Of a DNA stretch of 59,875 bases, positions 19,358-30,390 are shown in pieces. Within the stretch, counting starts at the first letter, position 1. Each line of letters begins with the position of its first letter. The stretch is from Sediminibacterium sp. (lineage in GTDB: Bacteria > Bacteroidota > Bacteroidia > Chitinophagales > Chitinophagaceae): contig JBILIU010000001.1 of assembly GCA_044368905.1 (NCBI GenBank), forward strand, positions 1 to 59,875, given 5' to 3'. Both the position numbers and the translations under genes were made by a program. Under the pieces are notes generated by a model. It was not told the origin of the DNA, ran no database searches, and worked only from the letters and a program-made list of their open reading frames with translations.

Positions 19358-20293
19358 GTGAATCAATTTAAGCATACGCAACTCATCAAAGCGCTAGCCC
19401 TACAACATGGATTTGACTTCTGTGGAATCGCTGAAGCCAAAGAATTAACCGAAGATGCATTTAGATTAGAACAGTGGTTGGCAAAAGGTTTTCATGGGGA
19501 TATGCAGTACATGGAAAAACATTTTGATTTAAGAATCAATCCAAAAAAATTAGTACCCGGTGCAAAATCTGTGATTACTTTTTTAAAAAATTATTATCCG
19601 GTACAGGAGCAACCAATCGGCTTTCCAAAAATTGCTAAATATGCATACGGCCAAGATTACCATGAAGTGATTAAGCTTTCATTGAATCAGATGTTGGATG
19701 AAATGCGTCAAAAAATTGGTCCTATTGAGGGTAGAGGTTTTGTAGATTCCGCTCCTGTCTTAGAGCGTTCCTGGGCTTGGCTTTCGGGCGCTGGGTGGAT
19801 TGGGAAAAATGGCAACTTGATTCAACCTAAAAAGGGCTCCTACTTTTTTATTGCTAGTTTGATTGTAGACCTTGAATGTGTTTACGATCAACCCATAGCA
19901 AAAGATTATTGTGGCACTTGTACTAAATGTATTGACGCTTGTCCAACGCAAGCCATCTTACCTAATAAAACCATTGAAGCCAATCATTGCATTAGTTACT
20001 ATACGATTGAACTGAAAAAACAAACCATCGAAACCGGTGCTGATAGAGCCTATCAAGACTGGGCATTTGGCTGCGATATATGTCAGGAAGTTTGTCCTTG
20101 GAATCGATTTAGTCATCCCCACCAAGAAGCAAAATTCAAACCGATTGAAGGCTTGTTAACCATGTCTAAAGATGCTTGGCTCGAAATGGAAGAAACTAGT
20201 TTTAAGGCAAGATTTAAACAATCTCCTTTACTTAGATCAAAATTAAATGGGATCAAAAGAAATATCGAATACTTGAATAATCAAGAACAATAA
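19358..20293 (+). CDS. queG: tRNA epoxyqueuosine(34) reductase
   Basis: YAYGQDYH, FVDSAPVLER, GWIGKN, CGTCTKCIDACPT, CISYYTIE, GCDICQEVCPWN. Confidence 0.95.
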   Translation: MNQFKHTQLIKALALQHGFDFCGIAEAKELTEDAFRLEQWLAKGFHGDMQYMEKHFDLRINPKKLVPGAKSVITFLKNYYPVQEQPIGFPKIAKYAYGQDYHEVIKLSLNQMLDEMRQKIGPIEGRGFVDSAPVLERSWAWLSGAGWIGKNGNLIQPKKGSYFFIASLIVDLECVYDQPIAKDYCGTCTKCIDACPTQAILPNKTIEANHCISYYTIELKKQTIETGADRAYQDWAFGCDICQEVCPWNRFSHPHQEAKFKPIEGLLTMSKDAWLEMEETSFKARFKQSPLLRSKLNGIKRNIEYLNNQEQ

Positions 20294-20304
20294 ACAGCAC
20301 CTAA

Positions 20305-20805
20305 TTATTTTATTTCTGAACTGTTTGATACAATACAAGCTGTTAAATGTTGTAATTCTTCTTCCATTTTTGCACCTAAGACCTTCTCATTCAATAAAGT
20401 CTGAAATTTTTCCCAAGGATACCATTTTACATGTTGTTCAAATGACCAGTGAATTACATAAGTACCCTCTTTTAAAGGCAGCCATTCTATTTGAACCTGA
20501 TAAGGCGCTTGTCCTGTTGCTTCCCATTTTAAAAGCACAGTACTATCAGTACTTGAAAGCATTTGAATTGTTTGCGTACCTACTCGCATAATACTATCTT
20601 GAACAATAACTGATTGATCTTTCCAATCACTCATCCAGCCTTTCCAAGCGGATAGGTCTTTTACACAATGTTGTATTTGAGATTTTGTTGCATTGACTTC
20701 TACTGCCCTGGATGTAATCACAACCGAAGGAAATAAGCTAGCTATAGCTGTGATTAAAATACTTATCACTAACACACTTATGATAGCAAAACGGATTAGT
20801 TTCAT
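20305..20805 (-). CDS. Membrane-anchored hypothetical protein (SRPBCC/polyketide cyclase-like)
   Basis: N-terminal TM, PSVVITSRAVEVNA, DLSAWKGW, KWYPWEKF; start moved to ATG 20805. Confidence 0.6.
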   Translation of the reverse strand: MKLIRFAIISVLVISILITAIASLFPSVVITSRAVEVNATKSQIQHCVKDLSAWKGWMSDWKDQSVIVQDSIMRVGTQTIQMLSSTDSTVLLKWEATGQAPYQVQIEWLPLKEGTYVIHWSFEQHVKWYPWEKFQTLLNEKVLGAKMEEELQHLTACIVSNSSEIK

Positions 20806-20806
20806 T

Positions 20807-21910
20807 TTATTCCCATTTAAATAATTTATATGCAGCTGCATACACTATTACAATCCAAACAAAAAGTATCGCTATCTCATTTCCAACCGAAAATATATTT
20901 GCACCCTCAAAAGCAATTTCACGCATGGCATTGTTAAAATGCGTTAATGGTAAAATATTACAAAATGGTTGGAGCCATTTAGGAAAAGAATCAATCGAAA
21001 AGAAAGTACCAGCCAGTAAAAATTGAGGCAGGGTAATTAAATTCGCAAAAGGAGGAATGGTACTTTCGTTTTTTGCTACTCCACTCACAATAAAACCAAA
21101 ACCCATAAATAAAATCAATGCAATAAAACTAAGTGCCATGATATTCAAAAAAGTAATCCAACCATGCACCAATGTGAAGTTGAAAGCAAAATGACCAATA
21201 CCAATAATAATTACCGCAGTCATCAATTGAAAAATAACCCTACTCAAGGCCTCGCCTAAAATAATATACAAACGTCTAATAGGTGTGGCATAAAATCTTT
21301 TTAAAACCAATTGTTGTCTTAAATTAAAAAACAAAAAAGCCACGCCAAAAACCCCTGCACTTAATAAGGAGAATCCAAGTTGTCCAGGCAAAATAAAATC
21401 GATTGTTCTATAGGTTCTGCCTGGCACTTCAATCACTTCGTTCTTCACTACTGCAATCGTAGGTGCATCTTTAAACTGAGTGGCATTGATATTGGCAATC
21501 ACTGCATTTAAGATGGACTTAATGAGTTGAATATTTTGTGGATTAGCAGCAGCTGAACTTGTTAATTGGATTTGATAAGGCTGGCTAGGATTTTGAGTAG
21601 GCTGAATATCAATCAATGCTGTGATTCTGCCCTTAGCTAATTCTGCATTCGTGGTGGCTTGATCGGCAGTCACAAATTTCAGTCCTGCTAAGGACTTTAT
21701 TTTGGCATACACTGCATTGGTGGTATCCGCATTGGGTGCTAATGCGGCTTTTACATTGATATTCCCACCGCTACTTAAGAATCCAAATACTAAAATGAAA
21801 ATAAGCGGGAATGCAATACTAAAAATAACTGCAGATGGGCTTCTCAAGATAGAGCGCAGGCTTGCTCTTGTAATAGCAAGCATCGCTTTAATTTGACTGT
21901 ATGAATGCAT
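20807..21910 (-). CDS. ABC-2 type transporter permease
   Basis: 1+5 TM layout with an extracytoplasmic loop; DFILPG, LKRFYATP, LAGTFF, LPLTH. Confidence 0.88.
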   Translation of the reverse strand: MHSYSQIKAMLAITRASLRSILRSPSAVIFSIAFPLIFILVFGFLSSGGNINVKAALAPNADTTNAVYAKIKSLAGLKFVTADQATTNAELAKGRITALIDIQPTQNPSQPYQIQLTSSAAANPQNIQLIKSILNAVIANINATQFKDAPTIAVVKNEVIEVPGRTYRTIDFILPGQLGFSLLSAGVFGVAFLFFNLRQQLVLKRFYATPIRRLYIILGEALSRVIFQLMTAVIIIGIGHFAFNFTLVHGWITFLNIMALSFIALILFMGFGFIVSGVAKNESTIPPFANLITLPQFLLAGTFFSIDSFPKWLQPFCNILPLTHFNNAMREIAFEGANIFSVGNEIAILFVWIVIVYAAAYKLFKWE

Positions 21911-21915
21911 GATAC

Positions 21916-23673
21916 CTAGGGCTGTTTAACCACAAATATAGGCATTCGTGCTTGAGGGGCACCAACCATTTGTTGTACAGTTTTCAAATTTTGGAAAATC
22001 TGCCATTGGCTTGCACCAATTTCAGATTCAATCGATTTCACTTTTACATAATCTTTATAATCTTCAATTAAATCTTCGATAAAGGATTTTGATTCTGGAT
22101 ACTGCTTAATGCTATAGCCTTTTAGTTTCGCCATTTTAGCTGCAGAAGCAAGGGCATCATTTAATGTACCAATTCTATCCACTAGTCCTACATTGATCGC
22201 ATCCGAACCTAACCAAACGCGACCTTGCGCAATTGAATCCACATAGTCCATTGATTTTTTCCTGCCCTTCGCAACCCTAGATTTAAAAGTATGGTAGATA
22301 CTGTCTACACCAGATTGCAACATTTTTTGCTCCATCGTATTCAGAGGCCTTGTTGCTGATGGCGCATCTGCATAAGGCGCAGTTTTAACGCCGTCAAAAC
22401 TAATACCTAATTTATTGTTCATGAATCCTGAAATATTTGGAATCACCGTAAACACGCCTATCGAACCTGTAATCGTATTGGCATCTGCATAAATAGAATC
22501 AGCACCAGCTGCAATATAATATCCACCAGATGCTGCGACATCTCCCATACTTACTATCACTGGCATCTTTCCTTTAATCAATTCTATTTCTCTCCAAATA
22601 ATATCACTTGCTAAGGCGCTTCCTCCTGGGGAATTCACCCTTAATACCAATGCATCAATCGATTCGTCTGCTCTAATTTTTTGAAGCAACATTCTAAAAT
22701 CATCACTTGCAATTGAACCTTTCACCCCTTTACCCATTACAATATCTCCGTCTGCATATACTACTGCAATTTTGCCAGCACCAGTGCCTCTTAATGGCAC
22801 CGACTTGGCATACTCTTTAATAGAAACAAATGGAATATCGTTTTCTTTTACCCCTTTTAATTTTTTTGCAATCATTTTCTTCAATTGGTCGTCATAGATT
22901 AATCCATCCACCAAACCATTTGACAAAGCATCTTGTGCTGATTGAATTTTTGCCTCGTTTGCCATTGCTTTCAACTTTTCGGGTGCAATTTGTCTTGCAC
23001 TTGCTACTGTACTAATAAAATGATCGTATAAACCATTTAACCATACACCTGTTTGTTGCTTATTGGCATCCGACATTTTTGTATACCTAAAAGGTTCTGT
23101 TGCACTTTTGAACCTGCCTGCATAAAACACTTGCATTTCTACATCCAATTTATCCAACATCCCTTTTAAGAAAACAGTTTCTAAAGAAAAGCCGCTGAAT
23201 TCCAATCCACCTTGCGGATGTGTATAAATCTGATTGGCCACATTGCCTACCCAGTAGCCTTTTTGAGAAATCGTTTCACCGTATGCAAAAATAAATTTGT
23301 TACTTTTTTTAAATTCTACCAAGGCCTTTCTAAGTTCCTCTGAGCTCGCATAGCCATTTGAATTTTGTTGACATTTAATGTAGATGCCTTTGATATTTGA
23401 ATCTTTTTTTGCATGCTGAATCAACCCAATCACAGATGTTAAACTTGGTATTTTCCCTGTACCCGGATTCATTAATTCAGTAAATGGATCTGATACTTCT
23501 TTTTCGGTGAAATTATCATTAAGGTCAATTACTAAAACTGCATTGGTTGGGATAGTTGTAGGCTCATCCGAAGAGAATGCCGCTGCAGATCCAATTAATA
23601 GCATTAAGCCACCAATTGAAAAAACAACTATTGCAAGTAATGCAGCGAAGAATGAACTAAAAAAGCTTTTCAT
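21916..23673 (-). CDS. sppA: Signal peptide peptidase SppA (67K type)
   Basis: FKSATEP, LRVNSPGGS, SMGDVAASGGY, TITGSIGV, AQGRVW. Confidence 0.95.
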   Translation of the reverse strand: MKSFFSSFFAALLAIVVFSIGGLMLLIGSAAAFSSDEPTTIPTNAVLVIDLNDNFTEKEVSDPFTELMNPGTGKIPSLTSVIGLIQHAKKDSNIKGIYIKCQQNSNGYASSEELRKALVEFKKSNKFIFAYGETISQKGYWVGNVANQIYTHPQGGLEFSGFSLETVFLKGMLDKLDVEMQVFYAGRFKSATEPFRYTKMSDANKQQTGVWLNGLYDHFISTVASARQIAPEKLKAMANEAKIQSAQDALSNGLVDGLIYDDQLKKMIAKKLKGVKENDIPFVSIKEYAKSVPLRGTGAGKIAVVYADGDIVMGKGVKGSIASDDFRMLLQKIRADESIDALVLRVNSPGGSALASDIIWREIELIKGKMPVIVSMGDVAASGGYYIAAGADSIYADANTITGSIGVFTVIPNISGFMNNKLGISFDGVKTAPYADAPSATRPLNTMEQKMLQSGVDSIYHTFKSRVAKGRKKSMDYVDSIAQGRVWLGSDAINVGLVDRIGTLNDALASAAKMAKLKGYSIKQYPESKSFIEDLIEDYKDYVKVKSIESEIGASQWQIFQNLKTVQQMVGAPQARMPIFVVKQP

Positions 23674-23771
23674 AAAAAAGATTGAATGTGAAGAAATCTA
23701 AAATAGCAAGAAAAAAATAAAGATTGCCTTGTAAAATTATGGATATTTGCGTTCATTTTCAGCATACTTCT

Positions 23772-24260
23772 ATGAACCATGTATACCTCATGATAGGCGG
23801 CAATATAGGGAACCGTTTGGACAATTTAGAAAATGCTCGAAATAGCATTAACATACAATGTGGGCCAATACAAAAGCAATCCTCCATTTTTGAAACAGAA
23901 GCCTGGGGCATGAAAGACCAGCCTGCATTTTACAACCAAGCACTCTGCATCAAAACCGCATTGAGCCCACAAGACTTAATGGCCATGCTCCTTGCTATTG
24001 AGGTTTCGATGGGTCGTGAAAGATTGATCCCCCTTGGACCAAGGACCATCGATTTGGATATTATTTATTATAACCAAACAATTATTGAATCACCAGGTTT
24101 GATTATTCCACATCCTAGACTCGCATTGCGCAACTTTGTTTTGGCGCCATTGATAGAGATTGCACCTGATTTTGAGCATCCTATACTTAAAAAAACGAAT
24201 TTTCAGCTCTACCAAGCCTCAACAGATACCTCTGTTGTGCATAAAAAAACCAACCTATAA
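23772..24260 (+). CDS. folK: 2-amino-4-hydroxy-6-hydroxymethyldihydropteridine diphosphokinase
   Basis: IGGNIG, ETEAWG, GPRTIDLDII, PHPRL, RNFVLAPL; start moved to ATG 23772. Confidence 0.93.
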   Translation: MNHVYLMIGGNIGNRLDNLENARNSINIQCGPIQKQSSIFETEAWGMKDQPAFYNQALCIKTALSPQDLMAMLLAIEVSMGRERLIPLGPRTIDLDIIYYNQTIIESPGLIIPHPRLALRNFVLAPLIEIAPDFEHPILKKTNFQLYQASTDTSVVHKKTNL

Positions 24261-24302
24261 AGGATCCAGAACTTATCTTTGTCCGCAAGTATTAGAAGCA
24301 TT

Positions 24303-24935
24303 ATGAAGCATCATTTTATAGCAATTGAGGGGAATATTGGTGCAGGAAAGACGACGCTGTCACAATTACTCGCACAACATTATAATGCAAAACTAGTTTT
24401 AGAGGAATTTGCGGACAATCCATTTTTGACTAAGTTTTATGAGAATCCAAAACAATACGCCTTCCCTTTGGAACTGTTCTTTTTAGCAGAACGATTCAAG
24501 CAACAACAAGAGATGGTGAAGACCAACGACCTGTTTCAAGATGTAACCGTATCGGATTATATTTTTACAAAATGCTTGCTCTTTGCTAAGGTAAATTTGC
24601 CCGAGGAAGAATTTAGATTGTATCAAAAAATGTTTGACGTTTTTGTACAACAATTGACCCAGCCGGATATTCTGATTTATTTGCACGCACCAGTCAATAA
24701 ATTACAAGGGAATATTAAAAAAAGGAACAGAAAATTCGAACAATCCATTCCGGACGAATACTTATTTAAATTACAGGAGACCTATACTAGCTATATCAAA
24801 CAACATAATATCAAAACTATTTTTGTAGACGCTAGTAATGCAGACTTCTTATACAACGAAAAGCATTTTAAAGTCATCACTGACGTGCTAGACAAAGACC
24901 TAGAAGAAGGACAACATTATTTTACACTTCCCTAA
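24303..24935 (+). CDS. Deoxynucleoside kinase
   Basis: AIEGNIGAGKTT P-loop, NPFL, lid IKKRNRKFE; start moved to ATG 24303. Confidence 0.92.
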   Translation: MKHHFIAIEGNIGAGKTTLSQLLAQHYNAKLVLEEFADNPFLTKFYENPKQYAFPLELFFLAERFKQQQEMVKTNDLFQDVTVSDYIFTKCLLFAKVNLPEEEFRLYQKMFDVFVQQLTQPDILIYLHAPVNKLQGNIKKRNRKFEQSIPDEYLFKLQETYTSYIKQHNIKTIFVDASNADFLYNEKHFKVITDVLDKDLEEGQHYFTLP

Positions 24936-24956
24936 GTTCAACTTATCAATACTGTT

Positions 24957-26210
24957 ATGGAGCAAAATGCACAACAACTAACCAAAGATCCATTTGCCGC
25001 TTTAAGGATCAATGAGTTTAGAAATTTAATGATTGGGCGTTTTTTATTTATCATGGGACTAAGGATGATGGGCACATTGGTTGGCTGGTGGATCTATGAA
25101 TTAACCAACGAGCCCTTTGCAATTGGATTGATTGGTTTAGCAGAAGTTATTCCTGCAGTATCACTAGCATTATATGCAGGCCATGTGATTGATAAAAGCG
25201 AAAAAAGAAAAATCATTTTAAGAGGCGTTGTGCTCTACTTTATTTGTGCGATTAGCTTGTTGCTCTTATCCTCGGCCTATGGGAAAGCACATTTAGGCAA
25301 TCTACAAATAGCTATTGTCATTTATTTTGTCATCTTTTGTACTGGTATCATTCGTTCTTTTACAGGACCTGGATTTGGCACTTTGGTGGGTGAAATTGTG
25401 CCTAAAAATTTATTACAAAATGCCACTACTTGGAGTCAAGGCATGTGGCTGAGCGCCTCTGTGGTAGGGCACGCAAGTGTTGGTTTTATGATTGCAGGTT
25501 TTGGAATTCATGGTTCTTTAATACTGGTAGTTGCTTTAGTCGCAATTGGCTTTTTCTTTATTCAAAAAATCAGTGCTAAGCCCCCACACCCCACTGTGGT
25601 GGAACAAAAGCCTTTAGAGAGTGTGAAAGAAGGATTGCGTTTTGTTTTAAATACGAAAGAATTATTAGGGGCCTTATCATTGGACTTATTTGCTGTCCTT
25701 TTTGGTGGTGCAGTTGCAATGGTGCCCGTATTTGCAAGAGATATTTTAAAAGTAGGACCAATTGGTTTTGGCTGGCTCAATGCAGCAACTGATATAGGTG
25801 CGATGCTGATTATTATATTGATTACATTATTCCCTGTTACACAAAAACAAGGAAAAAAATTATTACTTGCAGTCGCCGGTTTTGGTGTTTGTATCATTGT
25901 CTTTGCATTGTCTAAAATATTTTGGATCTCATTTGCTGCATTATTAATGAGTGGTATTTTAGATGGATTTAGTATGATTGTTCGAGGTACCATTGTTCAA
26001 CTCAAAACACCAAGTCATATGCGTGGCAGGGTGATGTCGGTGAATTCGATGTTCATCAATAGCAGTAACGAATTAGGACAATTTGAAAGTGGATTGGCGG
26101 CTAAAGCAATGGGTGTAATTCCATCGGTGGTATTTGGTGGTGTGATGACCATCTTAGTGGTTTTGACTACTTGGTTCAAGGCGCCAAAACTAAAAGAAAT
26201 GGAATATTAA
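24957..26210 (+). CDS. MFS transporter (EntS/MFS_3-like)
   Basis: AGHVIDK, LDLFAVLFGG, MRGRVMSVN, SNELGQFESG. Confidence 0.88.
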   Translation: MEQNAQQLTKDPFAALRINEFRNLMIGRFLFIMGLRMMGTLVGWWIYELTNEPFAIGLIGLAEVIPAVSLALYAGHVIDKSEKRKIILRGVVLYFICAISLLLLSSAYGKAHLGNLQIAIVIYFVIFCTGIIRSFTGPGFGTLVGEIVPKNLLQNATTWSQGMWLSASVVGHASVGFMIAGFGIHGSLILVVALVAIGFFFIQKISAKPPHPTVVEQKPLESVKEGLRFVLNTKELLGALSLDLFAVLFGGAVAMVPVFARDILKVGPIGFGWLNAATDIGAMLIIILITLFPVTQKQGKKLLLAVAGFGVCIIVFALSKIFWISFAALLMSGILDGFSMIVRGTIVQLKTPSHMRGRVMSVNSMFINSSNELGQFESGLAAKAMGVIPSVVFGGVMTILVVLTTWFKAPKLKEMEY

Positions 26211-26690
26211 TTATTTCGCAATGAGTGCATTCATGACATCATGCACAATAGGACAAAACTCTGCATTTTTCATTGTAATTGGAATGCGCTTAAAAAAAAC
26301 ATCCTCGTCTGTATAAGGAAACCTTTGACAATCGGTTGGGCGATGATCATAAATACCACAAGCATTGTCACTGCCTAAAAAAGGACAAGGCCTTGTTTTA
26401 GAAACATAGTCGCCTTCTTCATCCATACTTAAATACTGGTCTATAAAAGCAGTCTCTTTCATGCCCATGTATTTACTGATTCTTTTAATGTCAGGCATCT
26501 TGAATCTTGGAGAATAATTTTTGCAACATCTGGCACAATCTAAACAATCAATTTTTTCAAATGCAGCCTCGTGCAAATCTGGCAATTGCTTTAAAATAAC
26601 ACGCTTATCCACCCTTTTAAGAAAGTTCTGGAATTTTTTAAGCTGCTCTGGGGCGGGCGTATCAAATAAGTGTTCAGTATTTGCTTGCAT
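26211..26690 (-). CDS. YkgJ family cysteine-cluster (CxxCxxCC) protein
   Basis: CLDCARCC, PCPFL, CGIYDHRPTDCQRFP, CP; start moved to ATG 26690. Confidence 0.88.
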   Translation of the reverse strand: MQANTEHLFDTPAPEQLKKFQNFLKRVDKRVILKQLPDLHEAAFEKIDCLDCARCCKNYSPRFKMPDIKRISKYMGMKETAFIDQYLSMDEEGDYVSKTRPCPFLGSDNACGIYDHRPTDCQRFPYTDEDVFFKRIPITMKNAEFCPIVHDVMNALIAK

Positions 26691-26829
26691 AATTGATAAC
26701 AAAAGTAAACTATTTAGGCCTCATCCACAAGCTTTCCCCATTCGAGCCAATTTAACCACCGATCTCTTTTTAAGGCGGCGCTAAAAGCCTATCTTTGTGG
26801 CAATTTTTAACCTTTTCAATTCCGTCGAA

Positions 26830-29679
26830 ATGAATCAGAGTGGCGCAGAATTTATTCAAAGACATATTGGTCCAAATCCAGTAGATAGTGCAAAAATGTT
26901 GAAGGCAGTTGGTGTTGATAATTTAGCAGCATTAATTGACAAAATTGTACCAGCAAATATTCGTTTAACAAAACCAATGGAGATTCCAGAAGGATTGACC
27001 GAGTTTGAAATGTTGCAATCACTTAAAGCAATCGGCGAGAAAAATATTGTTGCGAAAAATTTTATCGGACAAGGTTATTATGGCACCATCACACCTTCTG
27101 TGATCCTTAGAAATATATTTGAAAATCCAGGTTGGTATACGCAATACACGCCTTATCAAGCAGAGATTGCACAAGGCCGTTTAGAAAGTTTATTGAACTT
27201 TCAAACTATGATCTCCGATTTGACAGGAATGGATATTGCAAATGCGTCTTTATTAGACGAATCGACTGCAGCTGCAGAAGCAATGGCGATGATTTTTAAT
27301 CATATCAATAAATCAGATGTGATTAGTCAACCTAAATTATTTGTGGACGAAGCCATCTTTGCACAAACAAAATCTGTTTTACAAACTAGAGCAACACCAA
27401 TTGGTGTGGAATTAGTAACAGGTGATTTTAAGACTGCTGCTATTGATGGTAGTTTCTTTGGAGCGATCCTTCAATATCCAAATGCCAATGGTGCCATCCA
27501 AGACTATACAAGCTTTATAGACCAAATGCACCAAGCAGGTGGTATGGTGATTTTAGTAGCAGATTTACTTTCGTTGACTGTACTAAAAAGTCCAGGTGAA
27601 CTCAATGCAGATGTGGCTGTAGGTAACACACAAAGATTTGGTGTGCCGATGGGATTTGGTGGACCACATGCTGCTTATTTTGCAACTAAAGATGCATTCA
27701 AAAGAGGGATGCCAGGAAGATTGATTGGAGTAAGCATAGATGCACAAGGTAACCGTGCACTAAGAATGGCATTGCAAACTAGAGAGCAACATATTAAACG
27801 CGAAAAAGCAACTTCTAATATTTGTACTGCTCAAGCATTACTTGCGAACATGGCAGTGATGTATGCAGTATATCATGGACCAGATGGATTAAAAGCCATC
27901 GCATCAAGAGTACACGGATTGGCTCAAGGACTTGCTCAACAATTAGAAAGTATAGGTATTCAACAAGTAAATGAATTTTATTTCGACACCTTACACCTAA
28001 CAGGTTTTGATGCGAATAAATTATTTGAGCTTGCGAATAAACAAGCCATCAATTTCAATTATTTTACGAACGGCACAGTCTCAATTAGTATTGACGAAAC
28101 GACATCTGTAAAAGACATTCAATCCATTGTGCACTTGTTTGAAACATTGACAGGCAAAGGCGCGAATGCATTGAATGCAAATATCAAAAACGCAGCTATC
28201 CCAGCACAATTATTGAGAACAAGCGACTACTTAACGCATCCTGTATTCAATACACATCATAGTGAAACACAAATGATGCGTTATATCAAGCAATTGGAAA
28301 ATAAAGACCTTTCATTAAATACAAGCATGATTAGCCTTGGTAGTTGTACCATGAAATTGAATGCTGCAACAGAAATGATTCCAGTAAGCTGGCCTTGTTT
28401 TGGTGGCTTGCATCCATTTGCACCAGCAAATCAAACCATCGGCTATCAAGAGATTGTAAAAGAATTAAGTGCTTACTTATGTCAAACGACTGGATTCACT
28501 GCTTGTAGTTTACAACCTAACAGTGGTGCACAAGGTGAATATGCGGGTCTATTGACAATTCGTTCTTACCATGCTGCCCGAAATGAGCCACATAGAAATA
28601 TTGTATTGATTCCAATTAGCGCACACGGTACCAACCCTGCAAGTGCGGTGATGGCAGGCTTCAAAGTAGTGGTAGTAGCATGTGATGCTGCTGGTAATAT
28701 TGATGTTGCCGACCTTACAGAAAAAGCAATTCAGCATAAAGACCATCTTGGTGCTTTGATGGTAACTTATCCATCTACACATGGTGTGTTCGAAGAAACG
28801 ATCATGGACATCTGTAATACCATTCACGTAAATGGTGGTATGGTGTATATGGATGGTGCTAATATGAATGCACAGGTTGGATTAACAAGTCCAGGAAATA
28901 TTGGTGCGGATGTATGTCACTTGAATTTACATAAAACATTTGCCATTCCACATGGTGGAGGTGGACCAGGTGTTGGACCAATTTGTGTGAATGATCATTT
29001 AGCACCTTTCTTACCAGGTCATATCAAGAATGGAGATGCAACCAACGCAGTAAGTGGTGCCCCTTTAGGATCTGCAAGTATTTTACTAATTAGTTATGCA
29101 TACATTAAAATGTTAGGTGCAAAGGGATTGGAATTAGCCACTAGCTATGCCATTTTGAATGCGAACTACATGAAATCAAGATTAGAAAAAGCATACACTA
29201 TTTTATATACTAGCAAGAATGGCACATGCGCACACGAATTCATTATTGACTTAAGACCATTTAAATTAACTGCAGGCATTGAAGCAGAAGATGTGGCTAA
29301 ACGTTTAATTGATTATGGATTCCATGCACCAACTATGAGTTTCCCTGTAGCTGGCACCATCATGATTGAGCCTACAGAAAGCGAGGATATGGCAGAATTA
29401 GATCGTTTCTGTGATGCATTGTTAGCAATTCATACAGAAATTGTAGCCATTGAGAATGGCCGTTTTGATAAGGTAAACAACCCATTAAAAAATGCACCAC
29501 ATACACAACATGTGATTTGCGCCAATGAATGGACTCATAGTTATACAAGACAAGAAGCTGCATTCCCACTGCCTTATGTTGCGTTGAATAAATTTTGGCC
29601 AACAGTAGCGCGTGTGAACAATACACATGGAGACAGAAACCTTGTTTGTACTTGTGAGCCAGTATCGTCTTATGCATAA
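26830..29679 (+). CDS. gcvP: Glycine dehydrogenase (glycine cleavage P protein)
   Basis: [56 protein letters not shown]; TATCTTTG promoter at 26790-26797 favours ATG 26830 as start. Confidence 0.97.
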   Translation: MNQSGAEFIQRHIGPNPVDSAKMLKAVGVDNLAALIDKIVPANIRLTKPMEIPEGLTEFEMLQSLKAIGEKNIVAKNFIGQGYYGTITPSVILRNIFENPGWYTQYTPYQAEIAQGRLESLLNFQTMISDLTGMDIANASLLDESTAAAEAMAMIFNHINKSDVISQPKLFVDEAIFAQTKSVLQTRATPIGVELVTGDFKTAAIDGSFFGAILQYPNANGAIQDYTSFIDQMHQAGGMVILVADLLSLTVLKSPGELNADVAVGNTQRFGVPMGFGGPHAAYFATKDAFKRGMPGRLIGVSIDAQGNRALRMALQTREQHIKREKATSNICTAQALLANMAVMYAVYHGPDGLKAIASRVHGLAQGLAQQLESIGIQQVNEFYFDTLHLTGFDANKLFELANKQAINFNYFTNGTVSISIDETTSVKDIQSIVHLFETLTGKGANALNANIKNAAIPAQLLRTSDYLTHPVFNTHHSETQMMRYIKQLENKDLSLNTSMISLGSCTMKLNAATEMIPVSWPCFGGLHPFAPANQTIGYQEIVKELSAYLCQTTGFTACSLQPNSGAQGEYAGLLTIRSYHAARNEPHRNIVLIPISAHGTNPASAVMAGFKVVVVACDAAGNIDVADLTEKAIQHKDHLGALMVTYPSTHGVFEETIMDICNTIHVNGGMVYMDGANMNAQVGLTSPGNIGADVCHLNLHKTFAIPHGGGGPGVGPICVNDHLAPFLPGHIKNGDATNAVSGAPLGSASILLISYAYIKMLGAKGLELATSYAILNANYMKSRLEKAYTILYTSKNGTCAHEFIIDLRPFKLTAGIEAEDVAKRLIDYGFHAPTMSFPVAGTIMIEPTESEDMAELDRFCDALLAIHTEIVAIENGRFDKVNNPLKNAPHTQHVICANEWTHSYTRQEAAFPLPYVALNKFWPTVARVNNTHGDRNLVCTCEPVSSYA

Positions 29680-29741
29680 ATGATTTAAATAAATATAGAA
29701 ATAGATTGATTAATTAAGTTTGACAGATTTATATAGATCCC

Positions 29742-29782
29742 AAATTAGAGTGGCGCTTCAAATTGAAGCGCCACTCTAATTT
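29742..29782. terminator. Long perfect inverted repeat; probable bidirectional terminator
   Basis: AAATTAGAGTGGCGCTTCAA-A-TTGAAGCGCCACTCTAATTT (20-bp arms) between convergent genes. Confidence 0.8.
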
Positions 29783-29802
29783 AATCCAAAGCATATACCT
29801 AT

Positions 29803-30246
29803 CTAAGCATCCATCCTTTTTACACTACTACTACTGCTAATACTGGTAATCGGAGGATTCCCATTTAACATAAACTCGTATAAGCCAATGATTTTTTCCT
29901 TATCAGATAATGAAGTTTGTAATTTATCAAAATCATTTTCAAGTTTTTTTAATTTTTTATTTTCATTGGTGTATTTATTTGTAAAATCTTCTATAATAGA
30001 GTTGTCTATATGTTCATTATGCAGCACTTCTTCTTTTAGCATTTGCCCCTCACCTGTTAAAACCCATAAAATATCTAGGTCAGTATAGGTATGATGGATT
30101 CTAATTAGGATATCTGACCCTACAGAACCTAAATGTTTCAATTGTTTTGAAAAATAGCCATTGGACAACTCAATTTTTTGCTCAAAAGCATGTGGTGAGA
30201 TCTTTTTGAAATGAATGAAGATCGCGATTCGTTCGATTGGTTTCAT
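29803..30246 (-). CDS. Phage-repressor-like HTH protein with C-terminal coiled coil
   Basis: ERI...ISPHAFEQKIELSNGY...WVLTGEGQM is typical of CI-like N-terminal domains; no S24 peptidase domain follows. Confidence 0.72.
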   Translation of the reverse strand: MKPIERIAIFIHFKKISPHAFEQKIELSNGYFSKQLKHLGSVGSDILIRIHHTYTDLDILWVLTGEGQMLKEEVLHNEHIDNSIIEDFTNKYTNENKKLKKLENDFDKLQTSLSDKEKIIGLYEFMLNGNPPITSISSSSSVKRMDA

Positions 30247-30337
30247 GATAATAAGATTTAGATTTAAATTGGATACAGTGTTTCTATCTGTATCGTATTA
30301 CTAAATTACCCCTATCAATAAAATCATATCTAAAATT

Positions 30338-30371
30338 TAGGCCTCATTTATTTGAGAACTAGGCCTCATTT
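30338..30371. repeat. 12-bp direct repeat, two copies with 22-bp period
   Basis: TAGGCCTCATTT at 30338-30349 and 30360-30371. Confidence 0.8.
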
Positions 30372-30390
30372 TTTAGAAAAAACGAACGAA

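Noticed and set aside
26691-26829. Possible glycine riboswitch upstream of gcvP
   Set aside because: The gap is short, holds divergent -7 elements and leaves only about 30 nt of leader; no aptamer consensus seen
30338-30371. CRISPR-like repeat
   Set aside because: Only two 12-bp copies with a 10-bp spacer, and no cas genes
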